DNA of 57,978 bases, filler included, from Porpidia crustulata (lineage: Eukaryota), in the NCBI GenBank assembly GCA_964255105.1. It is 3 parts of 3 records of this genome, joined end to end, with 100 filler letters (N's around TTAATTAATTAA, not from the genome) between each part and the next. Parts side by side here need not be neighbours in the genome. Positions count along the whole stretch, not along the records: positions 19,392 to 38,662 come from CAXUWE010000146.1; 2 more parts are not named here. One strand, written 5' to 3'. The translations under genes and the position numbers were made by a program. Numbering within the stretch: the stretch's first letter is position 1; each line of letters starts with the position of its first letter. Below, piece after piece: positions 23,656 through 37,107 of this stretch. The notes under the pieces are model-generated. The model searched no databases, was not told where the DNA came from, and saw nothing but the letters and a program-made list of their open reading frames with translations.

Positions 23656-25174
23656 ATAGTTTTGACTGCACTTGAGAACGATCGAGACGTCAGTCCTACG
23701 GATGAACAGACTTTGAACGTTTCGAGGTTCAATTGTACCCCGAAAATCCCTGACCCACGATCATATTCGGTCGTAATTAGCAGACATGCTCTTATCTGAA
23801 GGCGTTTTCGGTAGTGTTAAGGCTTTTGTCTATCATACTTAACAGAAAGGATTGAACGTGTGCAGAGATTCTCTGCTCATGTTCTGGTCCTCACCTATAT
23901 TCAGCTACTGCTGCCCAAACAATGAATTGCAGGATTATTTTCACTAAAGTGCGACATAAACCTTACTTAGCAGTGTGCCTCAGCCGTTTCCGAAAAGTAT
24001 CACCATGTGCAAAACTTGTCGCGATGAGCTTCTTCTGACAGCCTCTATTACACATTGTCTAGAACTTGCTCCTTGCCCAGATGGTAAATGCCTTGTAAAG
24101 CTTGCTTATCATTAGATTTTAATCTGGAACTTTGCCTTCGAGTACCACTCTATCCTCACACGAACTGCGAATCTTTTCTGAAATTAGGATGCTTTCATCT
24201 TCTCGTATGCCTTTCCCTAGTGGGTCGTCCAGTTCCTATAGAATGGGGCGTATGCTAGTATCCCCCCTATTTCTTGCCCAACTAAGGTTCCAACAAGGAC
24301 GACCGAATGGCTCGCGCCAGGAAACCAACATTTATGACCCGCCAGTATCGAAAGTCCGAGAAACGTCTGACTAGGTCCAGTTACCCCATTGCATTGATGC
24401 ACTGAACGAAATATTCGGAGCAGGGGGTTACAAATCATGTAGTTACAAAATACGCAACTCACAATCAAGACCTTGATAGAATTCCTTCTGGTCTCCCCCA
24501 TCACGTTTTCATCCTGGCAACCATACCATTTCTGATAACTATCGTATCAAGCCTTTACACTTCTTCTGTCTTGCTTCCATAAAACAAGGGCCTTTCTATA
24601 GTGCCGACGTCTCCCTTTTGACCTATTTTACCTGTCGGCGGCGCATATGAGCAGTCATTCGTTCACTCCTCAACCCGAAGTTCCCTCTCCTCAAAGCCCA
24701 AGGCGCGTTCATGTTCCTCAAATTTAAAGCACAGTCAAACTTCTATTTCTGTGTATATTCATTTTTATACAAATGGAAGCACGCGGGTAATTTTTGATCG
24801 GAAAGAGTGATGAATTGCGGATGATGAAGCTGAAAGGCCACTTTAAAGCCGAAGGCACGCTGCTTATGAGTGATATAAAGCGTTCCCATGGCGCCATCAA
24901 AGCTGAAGAAATTGAACCGCGGTCGCTGGCGCCTTAAGCGTTGTCAAAGATGTAAAATTCCTGATGGAGGAAGCTAGGGAAGTATTGTATGTACGTAGTA
25001 GATCAAGCATTAATAGATCAGTAGTATTCAATGTCAAAAACAAACTATGACTTTGAGATGAAGAACCTCATTCATTAATCAAGTCCGTCATTGTTTTTCT
25101 TGTACTGGCGATTTATAGATCAACCAAGCGTTTAGATGATGAGGCGTTAAGCGGAAAAGAACATGTTTCGCTTA

Positions 25175-25303
25175 CTCGTTCCCACCCCCAAACGGTCCGC
25201 GCTAGTTAAGATTAGTCAATATAACCCTAACCCTACGCTGTAGCCCTAACCCTAGGTAGGGCGGACCGTTTGGGGGTGCGGACCGTTTGGGGGTGGGAAC
25301 GAG
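25175..25303. mobile_element. MITE (Tc1/mariner-pogo type), 26-bp perfect TIRs with TA flanks
   Basis: Left TIR ctcgttcccacccccaaacggtccgc (25175-25200) is the exact reverse complement of 25278-25303; TA at 25173-25174 and 25304-25305; extra subterminal copy gcggaccgtttgggggt at 25261-25277; no ORF. Confidence 0.85.
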
Positions 25304-25643
25304 TAGCGGGATCTCGCTTAAAGTTCATACCTTATCCATCTACGCACTGATCGTAACAAGCACCACAAGTTTTCCTCCAGGTAGGGCTCATCAGTGGCAA
25401 GGCCTCGAGTACACATACCTAGATGACTTGTTCAACTCATAGGAAGCAGGCAAAACTTAGATATCGAGCAATTTCTCGCATGCTACAGCCTCTCTACCTG
25501 ATAAATATAGGTAAACGAACTTAGGATCACATTTGTAATTTCATATCAGACTTTTTCAACCTATCTAGTGCCCTCACGATTAATTATACAATCTTGCATA
25601 TGCTTCTGGGATTTTTAATTGAAGATTAAAATATCTTATCATT

Positions 25644-28031
25644 ATGGCGAACTCTACAGATGACAATCCTATCGAACCGTCCTTGAATCTAGAGCCCGTC
25701 TCCAATCCTAAGTCTGCAATGGATGCTATTCATCCACAGAAGACTTTGTTTGACGAGGATTCTGCAATCACTAAGGCTGAAAAATATGAGAGACATGATA
25801 TCAACGATATTGATCACTTGCCGTCCAAACGCATCAAATTAGATCAAGATCTAGGTACGGAGCAGACAAACCAAATCCCCACACAGAGTGAAAGGTGGAA
25901 GGGGGTAACTCCAATCAAAGAAGAGTCAGTATCACATAATGTCTGACGTGTTTAGCGTTAACGCCACTAGATTTCTCGTGTATCCACCAGGTAGTAAAGA
26001 TGACCGCAGTGCGATCGTTCCGGATGATGACGCTGCTGAAGGATCACATCGTCCAGAATCATCGAGAGAAAGCAAAGGTGGCCAGAAAAAAGAAAGATCC
26101 AAAGGTCAGAACACTGGTCGTAAATTCGGATCATCTAGAGACGGAATAAGCTTATGTCAGAGCCGTGCTAACTCGCCAGAATTCCATCCCGGTACATGTC
26201 AGTATGGTGATGGATGTAGATTTGAACATGACCTACGGAAGTACCTGAGAGATTGGAAGAGGGAGGATTTACGGACCTTTGGCGGGATATGCCCAATTTG
26301 GGCCGTGAAAGGCAGATGTCACGTTGGCTGGAAATGCCGCTTCGTCGGCTCGCACATGAAAGAAGTAGAGTCCGGAGATGGGCGGATGGAATTGGTGTTG
26401 GTTGAGGTTGAAAGCAAAAATAGCCACTTAATTGTGCCTGCTGTAGAATCAAGCAACACTGGAATTCTGAATACTGTCTCGACACAGAATAAAGCGGATC
26501 TGATGAAGCGGAAAATAAAAACGCCCAAGTCTGATGAATACGAAAAATGGTTAGAAAGAAGCAGTAAAGAGACCAACCAGTCTTATCAAAATGGGACAGA
26601 CAGAGATATAGATCCAGATAATCCAGATATTGGCAAGACAGACATTACGTCACGCAAAGTCTCAAGGGAACAAAATAGAGCCCAATACACTGAACCACCA
26701 TTTTTACCTTCCGAAAAGCGTAAGATTTACTTTGGACCGGAAACTCCAGTCCTGGCTCCTTTGACAACACAAGGTAACCTTCCGTTTCGTCGGTTATGTA
26801 TCGATCTTGGTGCTCAAATTACATATTCGGAGATGGCCATAGGTCTGCCTTTAATACAAGGTCAGAAGTCAGAATGGGCTCTAATGCGGGCTCACGACTC
26901 GGAGGCAGCCAGTCCAGCATACAAACCCAAAGCTCCCATCGTGACTGACTATGACAATAAGAAAGACTTCAGATTTGGTGCTCAGATCGCGGCAAACAAA
27001 TCTTGGCAAGCACTCAAAACAACCGAGATTCTAACAAACCTATGCCCTCACTTACGGGTGATCGATTTGAACTGCGGCTGCCCCATTGACCTGATTTGTC
27101 GTACGGGCGCTGGTTCGGCTCTGCTAGATAGCCAGTCAAAGCTTGAAAAAATGGTCCGAGGAATGAACGCAGTGTCTGGAGAAGTGCCTATTACAATTAA
27201 AATAAGGACAGGTACAAAGGACAACAAGCCAAGCGCCTACAAGCTTGTGGAGAGGCTTGTATATGGCGGATCCGAGTTTTCCGAATTCAGTGGGGGTTCA
27301 TCTGGTGTTGCCGCCATTACACTGCATGGCCGTAGTAAACAGCAGAGGTACACCAAGAATGCCAATTGGGAGTACATATCAGATTGCGCAGCACTAATCA
27401 AGCGCTTCAATGAGAAAGGAGATGACGTTTCAGATACTATCAGAGAGGCAGAAGCGAGAACGCAGCCAAATGGGAAGGTTTATTTTGTTGGCAACGGAGA
27501 CTGTTATTCTCATGTCGATTACAATACTCATCTAACGGAGGCGAAAGTTGATTCGGTAATGATTGCTCGAGGAGCGCTGATCAAACCATGGATATTCGAG
27601 GAGATCGAGCGAGGACAAAACCTTGACAAATCTGCCACTGAACGCTTGGCACTTGTTGAACAATTTGTCCGATACGGCCTAGAGACCTGGGGTTCGGACG
27701 AGATGGGCATCGGAACCACTAGGCGTTTCTTGCTCGAATGGCTAAGCTTCGCCCATAGATACGTCCCAATAGGAATACTAGAGTATCTGCCACCGAATTC
27801 GATGCAATGCCGGCCGCCCGCCTGGAGAGGGAGAAACGACCTGGAGACACTCTTAGGTAGTAACAATTATCGGGACTGGGTGAAGATAAGGTATGATCCC
27901 CTTTTTGTTTTATCAATTGCGAAACGGGTTTAATACGTTTCAGTGAGATGTTCCTCGGCCCTGCTCATAAGGACTTCCATTTTGAACCAAAGCATAAGTC
28001 AAACAGCTACGAGATCGCCGCAGAAGGCTAG
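25644..28031 (+). CDS. DUS3: tRNA-dihydrouridine(47) synthase
   Basis: Introns 25925-25970 and 27891-27943; CCCH zinc fingers ([25 protein letters not shown]); [45 protein letters not shown]; ends [16 protein letters not shown]. Confidence 0.95.
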
Positions 28032-28773
28032 GTATGTCAACGGTGTAATATAGCCTTCAAAGTAAGTTGACAGGAGATCCGACGAGGGCATGAGATTGGT
28101 CATACCTATTGAATTTCGTAAAGTTGTTCCTATCACTCCTTGTCAAAGTGAAATTTGGCCTCCTTAAATCCATATGCCTCTTCCATGTAGACGCACATGG
28201 AATCCAAAGACCCCATGGCAGAAATGAAAATAAAGCTATCACTTGAACGGGTTCGACGAAATCAATACTCGACGCGAATTTCAGGCGAATAAAATCCAAA
28301 TATAAATTCTGATAAAAACTGGAAGAAAACTAAGCAATGATTTTGATTCTTCGCTTTTAGAACACCAAACACCCATTAGTAGCAATTTGTTCCTCTGTGC
28401 ACGAGTTGTGATCACACTCTTACTATTGAAGGCAAATTGTGTGTTTGTTTGTGTATGAGTTGTCGGCATCGTCGGTGCCTCGGCAGGCTAGTTAATCCCT
28501 GTGACGATCTAGGGCTGATCCCACTTCCAAGGAATTCCGGATGACGTTTCATTTTTAGGAACACACGACCAACCTTTCCTACTCCAAAAGAAAGGCAGCG
28601 ACACTGAACAGCAACACTGACATCAAACGGTGTAGTAAAGATATTGTGGCTGTGTTTACCGATAAATCGTAAGTTTTCAGAGTAGATATTGTACCATGAA
28701 CATACTGTCAAGAATAATCAGGCTGATTAGATTCAGGGAACTATACAATTAGACATCAGAATAGATTGCAATT

Positions 28774-29690
28774 ATGACGCTTTATTATAGCCTCGTAAGT
28801 AGACAGTCACCCCTTCCTCTACACCACTTTGGTTTCGTCTACGAGGCTTTTTCGCGGCCAACTCATTGCATCAAGTTCCGAGTAGCGCAAAGTGCCTTCT
28901 CCCCTTTACGTTCCGGTCTTGATTCCGAGGCTACTCTTAAGTATATCGACATTGGCTGACTTTATTCAATACACAGGTCTTCGTCCTTCTTGTCATGGAG
29001 ATGAGCATCTTTATGCTGCTCATCGTCCCCCTCCCCTTCACATGGAAGCGTAAGCTTTTCACATTCATTTCGGAGAACCCATTGGTAGCGAAGCTACAAT
29101 ATGGCATGAAGGTCTGCCATGATACATCTGCGCTCTTAGTTCTATGCTGATTGGGTCTAGATATGTTTCATCTTCATATTGATCCTGTTTATCGACAGTG
29201 TCAACCGTGTATACCGTGTGCAGGTTGAACTAGCGTCAAGCAAAAACAACGGGAACGCGTATGTTCACAGCAGCACCACATCAGAATAGCACTGACCGGT
29301 TGCAGTGCCGCTGTCACCATGGGCTCCGAACGTATGGAGGTACAAGCACGCAAATTCTACTCCCAACGAAACATGTACCTTTGCGGATTCACGCTTTTCC
29401 TCTCTTTGATCCTCAACCGCACCTACGTTTTGATCCTTGACACTCTCCGCCTTGAAGAGAAAGTAAAGCGTTATGAAGGGGACCCGAAAGCCAAGGGAAA
29501 GGAAGCTGCGAGACTTGATCAAGCAGGAGGGGCTGGTGAGATTAGCAAATTAAAGAACCAGCTTGCGCAGAAGGACCGCGACATCGATACTCTTAAAAAA
29601 CAGAGCGAAGGACTAAGCCGCGAATACGGCAGTTTGAGTGACCAATACAGCAAGCAGAACTCCGACTCCACCCCGAAGAAGGATAAGTGA
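28774..29690 (+). CDS. BAP31/Yet-family ER membrane protein
   Basis: Four exons: MTLYYSL|VFVLLVMEM..PLP..|ICFIFILILFIDSVNRV..|..RKFYSQRNMYLCGFTLFLSL; coiled coil and KKDK* dilysine ER-retrieval signal. Confidence 0.92.
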
Positions 29691-30949
29691 AGTGCATTCG
29701 CCAGCAGAAGCAGTTTGCCTCTGCTAGGAAGGCAACGCGTAGAGAAGTCAAGGCTACGCTTCGAAGGCATAGAATCTTGGAGGTGGAACTGATACCTGCA
29801 TTGGGAATTGTTGAATGCAATGTAAAAGGGGATAACGCTCGGGAAAAAGCTTGGCGACTATCCGTGCTCATCCATTTCATATTGCGTTACATAGTCAGCA
29901 AAGCATACACGATCTCTGCAATACGGATTTTCTCGGCGGCAGTAGCATTTGCAATGGCTCTATTGAAACATGCTCATTGAATTCTCTCTATGTACACCGG
30001 TATTTTTTTTTATACGTTGAGCAGGTAGATCTACACCAGCAGCCCAGTACTCCCTGGTCAAAACCAATGAGGGTCGCACAAACATCTGAGCCGCAAACCC
30101 ACGACCACGTCTTCCCGTCGCAATTCCCTGTGCCATGGCATTGGTACCTCCGGCATCGTTTCCGAAGGGGCTCGGTGCCGTAAACCAGTGACAACGACTC
30201 ACACCACGTAGCAACTCATGGGTTGGCGAATACGGGTCGCGACAAGAGCGGGCAGTCAAGAGGTCATACAGGCCGTGCACGTCGGCTCTAGCCCAGTGCC
30301 AGCGTAGTACTCCCGGCCATGGGCGGTTAAAAGAGGCACCGTCCTATCAGTCTGGTTCCCGGCCAAGTGTTTGTTAGTTGGGCTTGTCGGGCACGTCCAA
30401 TAGCACTGTGGAGAAAGTAAATATTGGGAGTTTGAGAGAGACTGCACGTATTGCGCAATAGGTGCGCGCCGCTGTTGCTAAACCGACGGTCGGCGATTAC
30501 AATTTTTTTTATAAAATCTCAATTTCAGGGTTTAAAAATCATGCTATTGATGCCGGTACTCGCATACGGCCAGTGATTTAGGCTGGCAGCGTGGTGATAC
30601 GGCGTAGTAGTATAGCGCATCTTCCCTCCGCCCTATCTAGGAACTTGACTCTCCGCGTGTCTAGCACCAAGTCAAACAGCCCCCTAACGGGGATAGACAA
30701 CTCGACCAATTCTCCGCTACAACTTCATGATCCATGGCTCACTTGGACTACTAGAGCTTACGAAGTTACGGAGGAACACTCTCAGCTAATCGAGCTGACT
30801 TGAGTGCCCCGCATACTCTCGTAGCTCCGTACCTCCCCACTCGTTCGTCTACCACACTGCAACATCAGACTACATGGGCACGTTGGTTTCAAACCACGCT
30901 CTACACAATCGCAAGGCCTCGCCCCATAGTTACACAGAGCAATTCTACC

Positions 30950-33337
30950 ATGATGATGGCCTTGAAATCGCCAATGATGCCGCCATCCCCAAACAGCGGA
31001 CTCATTTCAGCTTTCTCGCCCTACACAGACTCTCCTAGTTCACCGAAGCCATTCATTTCTCCAGTGGTCGCCAGCTTGTAGGTTTTCCTCCGGCAATATC
31101 GGCGAGATTTGAGACAGCAATCTTAACTGACCTGCCAGACCTTCGGAACATTCGAATTTTCTGCAACCTCGCGCTCAACTGTCTCCCCTCGCTTCAAACG
31201 CTAGCGATGTCGCTGATCCCTCACCGATTGCTCCATCTTCAAATGGAACCGATACCACGGATATTGAAGACACGGCTCTCGAAAGCGAAGATACCAAAGC
31301 TCCCTCGTACCTGAAATCCATTACGCCCGAACTGAAGGTAGGTTCCGAATTCAGCATTGAGAGAACAAGCTCACTAAGGTATACATGGTCATCAGCTTGA
31401 GACAGTCGATGCGGCAGCGGACAGCTTAAGGCCCAGTTCTGACGGAGACGAGCAGCCCAGTTCGGTTATACACGCACCTCTATCTTTCGAGACATTTGTA
31501 GGTAATAGGCATTGCAATTCATGGTTCTGATTACTCAGATTATGCAGCACAGTCGAGAGTCTCCGCCATCGATCCGCCGCTCTACACCAACGCCATCACA
31601 GAGATCGGACGTGACTACCGTCTTAATCGATGAAGGCAGTGATCTAGAGAATGTAAATGATTGTGCAATCTCTGTTTGTGAGATGTTTGTTGACCATTTC
31701 CCAGAGATCATCCGCAAGCCTCAATTCGCCCCCACCAATCACTACAACAGTAGCGCCAGTTAGAGACTGGACTGCTACACCACGAGCGCAGACAAGACCT
31801 GAAGCGGAGTCAGAGGCAATAACTGAGGAGAGGCCCAATAGTCAGAGATCAGCAAGGCTTGAAGGTAAGTTGATACAATCCGCCCTACGGCAGGAGCATT
31901 ACTGATCCCAGAACAGGCATTCCCGAAGCTCACGATGCCGAGCAGAATCACGAGCAGACTCGGAGCTACACCAATACACCTTTTGACGACATTACTATAA
32001 GACAATCGCCTGACAGCATTGATGAAGTGACCGCTCTCAAACTGGCACTTAGCGAGTGTTGGACGCTTTGTAATACGCTCGCTGGGTTGAGCTATATTCA
32101 CCGCGAAAGAGCCTTCAGCTATGCTGGTAAAGGCAATGTCCAAGAGCAAGCATGGAAGTCGTGTTGGAAGTTGTGTCAAAAGCTATATGAAACTAGAGAC
32201 GAAGATTATGCGACCCAAGTTCGACCTACCCTTAATTTATGCCGCGAGTTTTGTCAATCATTATTTGAAGTACGTCAACGGGAAAATGACGTGACAGATT
32301 CAGTTCTACGGGTCAGCTTTGAACTCAACAACCACCTCTACAACACACACGATCGGACGTTGCCCGAGGCCTTCCGAGAGCGCACGTTAGATTTCTATAT
32401 CACTTTGTGCCATCGACTAATGAAACAGCGGACACGACTGGCGGAGGAAACCGACTCGCTCTTGCGAGCTTGTTGGTCATTAGCCGAGATGCTCTTTGAC
32501 TTGCGGCAGAATAAACGAGAAGGCAAGCCGGCTGATGAAGAATTGCTCGGATCAGCGGTCCAAGCTTGCTGGGAATTATGTGACCTTTTCCGCGAAGGCT
32601 GGACACAGATACGGCCAGATCGAGGAACGCCGCGACCGAGTGAGACGACGTTCACCCAAGCATTCCAACAAGCCAAGCAGTCACAACTGGCCACCGCAGC
32701 CGCTCATGCCCAACAGGAAGCCGAAGCCGAAGAATCAGAAGATGATGATTTTGGCCGTCTTAACCCTGAAACACCTACTACTATATTTGAAGACACGCAG
32801 CAGATGTCTCCTGAAGACGCTCCAGTACCCAATATACTGATCCTTGGACCCGAACAAAGCGTGCGCATGCAGTCGCAGCCAAGAAACAAGTGGTCGTCGT
32901 CATCGAGTACCCTTTCTGGCTACTCGCAAGGTTCGGAGACAACATCTTCATCCACCAGTACAATCATCAATCCCTCCGAAGACCCCCATCTCAGCTGTCT
33001 CAAACTCCTCATGGTGAAAGCCGCGATCAATGTCGGGTTTCAACGGGGCACTTCAATGACCCTTGCTTCTTTCGTCAAATCACTCCCTCCTTCGTCTTTT
33101 GGTAGTGCACCCTGGCAGATCAGTCTACTGGAGAAGTACAAGAAGCTGGTTGCAAGCGACCCGGGGTTTCGCAGTCCTGGACCCTCACGGAGAGCAGCGG
33201 CGCCAGATGTCGCGCGGGCGGTGATGTGGATGGTCGGAAGCGGCCAATATATATGGTTGAAAGACATTTTCCGGCTTATTTTCGGCTTCCATGTGGAAGA
33301 GGCCGAAATCCGATCCTCGGTTGTCATACAGTCGTGA
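30950..33337 (+). CDS. Conserved fungal hypothetical protein (disordered N-terminus, Cys/Trp-rich helical repeats)
   Basis: Multi-exon model from MMMALKSPMMPPSP through about five introns into ORF 32027-33337 with repeated (E/S/A)CWxLC motifs (ECWTLCN, SCWKLCQ, ACWSLAE, ACWELCD). Confidence 0.75.
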
Positions 33338-34751
33338 CGAGGATGATGGGGGTCGAACCCGTCCGCCAGATTGGGATTTCTTCATTCCTTGCGTTTCCAG
33401 CGCCATTCTTCTTTGGATTTGTTGTTGCGACTATACCCTTTTCGTCGCATATACTTGAGGCCGTTCTTGCGCATTTGATTATGGGCCAACGGCTGTTGGT
33501 TGTTACAAGTCTCTTTACTTGCTTGCGATATTGATACCAAGGGTGGATTCGTCAGCATCTGTAGCTAAGCCTGATGAATGTCACGATATATATAGTGTGG
33601 GGAGTACAACAGGAAATGTCCAATTATATACAGAATACATCGAGGAGCATTTGCAGCGAGTACGGAGGAGGCTACGATTTGATCCTATACCTGTGATGCC
33701 AACTCCTTCCCAGTATCATCACCTCATGATCGTCACATTGCCGACCCAAGCAGCAATCCAAGTGACCAATTTCGAGAGTTTCTTCGGATTTGTTCCGTGC
33801 TCGAGTCAAGTATAATGGATTACGTGGACTGTCGATCATACCTGTATTACAATACATTATGCGAAACAACTCTATGTGCAGACCTGTTCAAGCGGCGGGA
33901 GATCTCCAAAGCCTCATCAATGCAGCATCGCAAAGTCAATCATTACAGCAGATACACAGCGACATCTCTCTGTCTCGTCTCGTTGTTAAAATACAGCAGT
34001 CATACAAGTCAATCAGTCTGCCCCAAAGCAGAGCCCTGGTCCGTTTAGCCGGTCGGGGATATTTCTTTATCGGTATGGCCGATAGACGCCGTGAGAGGCT
34101 TGCCGTCAACGCAGGGGCCTGCCTCCATGTTGCTGGATCCAGGCATGAAGGGGTTAAAGGTGGTGCGCTGATCTAGATCGATTGAGGCTGGTGGAGCGAA
34201 AGTAATACCCTTGGCGTGTTCGGTCGGCCATCCGAGTGGGTGTAAATGGGCGGAAATAAAGGGTTCCCCCCAGACGTGCCGATCTGGAGTTGAGTTTAGG
34301 GCATAGTGGATAGTTTAAGGTAGTAATCATCGTGTACCGTGGGTACACAGTGTTAGTGTATTAGGTATTCGTACGTAGTACCAACTGCTTGGCCCCATCT
34401 TTCAAATCCCCTCACCAACCCTCAATTTGACTTGAACGTTGTATGAGAATGGACATGTCTTTATGAATGTGTTATCGCTCATCTGAAACCTGCTTACCTG
34501 CGTACCTGGTGAGCGCATGCCACCACGGAATAGAAGGGTGGGTTACCTGTTTCATCAGCCTGTCCCCACTTCGCAGTCACAAGGCGTGATTGCTGCGACA
34601 ACTTCGTCCCCCCGCCTGCACACATTGTTGGATATTCAACTCATGCTTATCTCATGGAGTAGATGCGATGACTTGCTCGCCAAGACTCAGCCCACCAACG
34701 TGACCCAACAGTGTCTCAGCAGCGTAACTACTTCGGTTTTCCACGACGACA

Positions 34752-36218
34752 ATGGCTCGACCCTACGATGAACGACTGCCGTCCCATACGGGCAGTAGCA
34801 TGTCATCGCAAACTAATCTACATAGCTATAATGTCGGGTACGATCCGAGAGATGAAATAGACTACCCTTCGTCGATCCAATACAATCACGATGATGGGCA
34901 GTTATGGGTGCATAGAAAGAACCCTCCGAGGCAGGCTCAAGGGTCGCGACTCGCCAAAATCAGGTCTTCACCCGGTGATGGTGCTTTGGCAGCTGCGAGG
35001 GCGACCTCTGGTCACGGAAGGTTGCACAATCGAGGAAATTCCATCTCAGGAACTGACAGTCCTACATCGCAATTCTCGGATTCCAATGTCAACTTGCATG
35101 GGTTCATCGCACCTCCAAATACCGCGACCGACCTATATTCGTTAAAATCGTCCAAGTCTACGTCAAGGAGTAAAGTGAAGATAAAGCCACTGCTACGGAA
35201 GTTATCCGCCAACGACTCCAACGTCGTGGACTTGTCACGCTCTACCGCAGAGCACGAGGGCTTGGGAATTTACACCTCGTCTGAAAACAGTGGCCCTAGA
35301 CCGAGCATTGATTACCCTTCGATCGGACCAAACTTTCATCAACGAACCACGAGTACCAACTCGGACAGATCCACGACAACACTTGGCAATCAGAGATATG
35401 GTACCAACTACGTTCATCCTATGCGACAAACGCCACGGCCTTATACGCCACCGTTAGCAAATCCTTACAAGAATTCCCTTGATGGTGAAGGGCTAGCTGC
35501 CGGATCCACCCTTGCTCCAAGTGAAGGCTCCCAATTTGACTCAACACTTCGCAAGCCATCTCCCACACCAACGCCTTACGCCCCACTTCCTTCATCAAGG
35601 CGCATTCCCCCGCCACTTCACATTCGTACCCACTCATCCTCGCGTTTGACCAGCTCATCACAAACAAATCTTCCAGGAACACCCTCTTCCTTACGCTTAC
35701 ATAGCGACAACATCAGCGCAGCAGACGCCATGTCACCGACTGCAAGATCATCTTTAGAAAGTGCGTTTCGTAAGCGAAGTCGTGCGAACACTGCGAACGA
35801 CCCTGTCGCACAGGCTGCAACCGTGCAGGCCTTGCGCCAGAAGTACAACGAAAAGGAAGCTGCTAAGGATTTGCGTTACCAACAGGCCGAGGCAAGAGCT
35901 CAGGAAAAGGAAGCAAGGAGGCGAGAGAGAAGAGATGAGAGCCAGCGACGAAAATCGAAGGGCAAGGAACGTAAGCGTGCTAAAAGCAACGCTGCAAGTG
36001 AGAAGTCATCAATCATGAATTTTGGCACCCACGAGTACCCTCCCGCGACCGATGTACTCGTGCAAGGAAACCTTCGGCCGGAGCAGCAGCAGCATCGACG
36101 ACGGGGGGACACAGCCGGCTCGGCCGGGAAAGCGGTACACAGTCAATGGCAATTATTTTGGTTCAAGTTCAAGACCATGTGGTTGAAATTGAAAAGGAAG
36201 ATGGGATCTTCGGGCTGA
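34752..36218 (+). CDS. Hypothetical Ser/Pro-rich protein with C-terminal coiled coil and aromatic amphipathic tail
   Basis: 488-aa single ORF; YVHPMRQTPRPYTPP motif; charged coiled coil; tail WQLFWFKFKTMWLKLKRK. Confidence 0.75.
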   Translation: MARPYDERLPSHTGSSMSSQTNLHSYNVGYDPRDEIDYPSSIQYNHDDGQLWVHRKNPPRQAQGSRLAKIRSSPGDGALAAARATSGHGRLHNRGNSISGTDSPTSQFSDSNVNLHGFIAPPNTATDLYSLKSSKSTSRSKVKIKPLLRKLSANDSNVVDLSRSTAEHEGLGIYTSSENSGPRPSIDYPSIGPNFHQRTTSTNSDRSTTTLGNQRYGTNYVHPMRQTPRPYTPPLANPYKNSLDGEGLAAGSTLAPSEGSQFDSTLRKPSPTPTPYAPLPSSRRIPPPLHIRTHSSSRLTSSSQTNLPGTPSSLRLHSDNISAADAMSPTARSSLESAFRKRSRANTANDPVAQAATVQALRQKYNEKEAAKDLRYQQAEARAQEKEARRRERRDESQRRKSKGKERKRAKSNAASEKSSIMNFGTHEYPPATDVLVQGNLRPEQQQHRRRGDTAGSAGKAVHSQWQLFWFKFKTMWLKLKRKMGSSG

Positions 36219-37107
36219 AGCATATAAGGAGGTATGATAAAAGCATGGTTTCCGTGGAGATTTGGCACTGCTTACCACGACATTTATGTACTTATGCAGG
36301 TGGTGGTTGAATCTATAGCGAAGGCGTTTTTGTCAGTTGTGTCTACCATCGAGGTGAGATGTCACCAACGCGCGGCCATGTTTACTTTTGGAATGGCATA
36401 TGGAGGAAATCCTTGAATTTTCACGGAGGCTTTTCGATCGTCAGTGTAGGTCATCGGTGTGGCGGAGCGAACATATTCTACTCATCACATAGTCAATTTC
36501 CAATGCATTCGCGATGAACAAATAGAGGATTTCTATCAAGGGCGTTCAGCTGCTTTCCAATTTGGCGGGTTTCGTGAAACGATAAAAGACTTTTATCATC
36601 GAGTTGAGGGTTTGAGAGAATTGGCGGCATACTTCTTGGTATTCAGTGGTCCATTTGGACTAGCTCAACATCATAGTACATCTCATATGCCTGGTATTAT
36701 AGTACTTGCACTCTCCAGAATATGTGACATGCCTTTGATTAGCTTCGTTGTAAGGTCCGCCGACAACTGCATTGATGCGTACTGCACAGAACGTTCCAAG
36801 CCTTTCATTTCTGAACATGGACAAGAACAACCATTTCATCAACCCGATACCTTATTTATATCCATGACAAATTTGCTGTAGACAGCCCAACTGGGTCTAG
36901 TGAGGCTATGATGAGCAGCGCTTATTGCGTGTACCGATCCGCCGCTGATCGGCGAGCGCTCCCAAACTTCATCGCTCCGACGGCTAAATATACCTCTCTA
37001 CCCGCCACTCCCGTTGGTTTGCCCCGAATACCCGTGATGCTATTCCTACGGAGCACCTTTTACATAGCAAAGTGAAGTGATCAGTACGGTTCTCAGAAAA
37101 CGACAGC

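Noticed and set aside
24805..24910. Box C (ATGATGA) and box D (CTGA) spacing resembling a C/D snoRNA
   Set aside because: No terminal stem and no rRNA-complementary guide of 10 nt or more that I could recognise.
25220..25256. TAACCC repeats as a chromosome end or telomerase RNA template
   Set aside because: Only a few interrupted units, enclosed by TIRs and flanked by genes; no telomerase RNA elements were recognisable.
28795..28976. 182-nt first intron of the BAP31 gene (and about 200-nt Clr5 intron) as a snoRNA host or stwintron
   Set aside because: No C/D or H/ACA boxes and no split-donor pattern found.
29687..30800. Several overlapping 60-110-aa ORFs on both strands
   Set aside because: No motifs or splice structure; best explained as BAP31 3' UTR and the promoter of the next gene.
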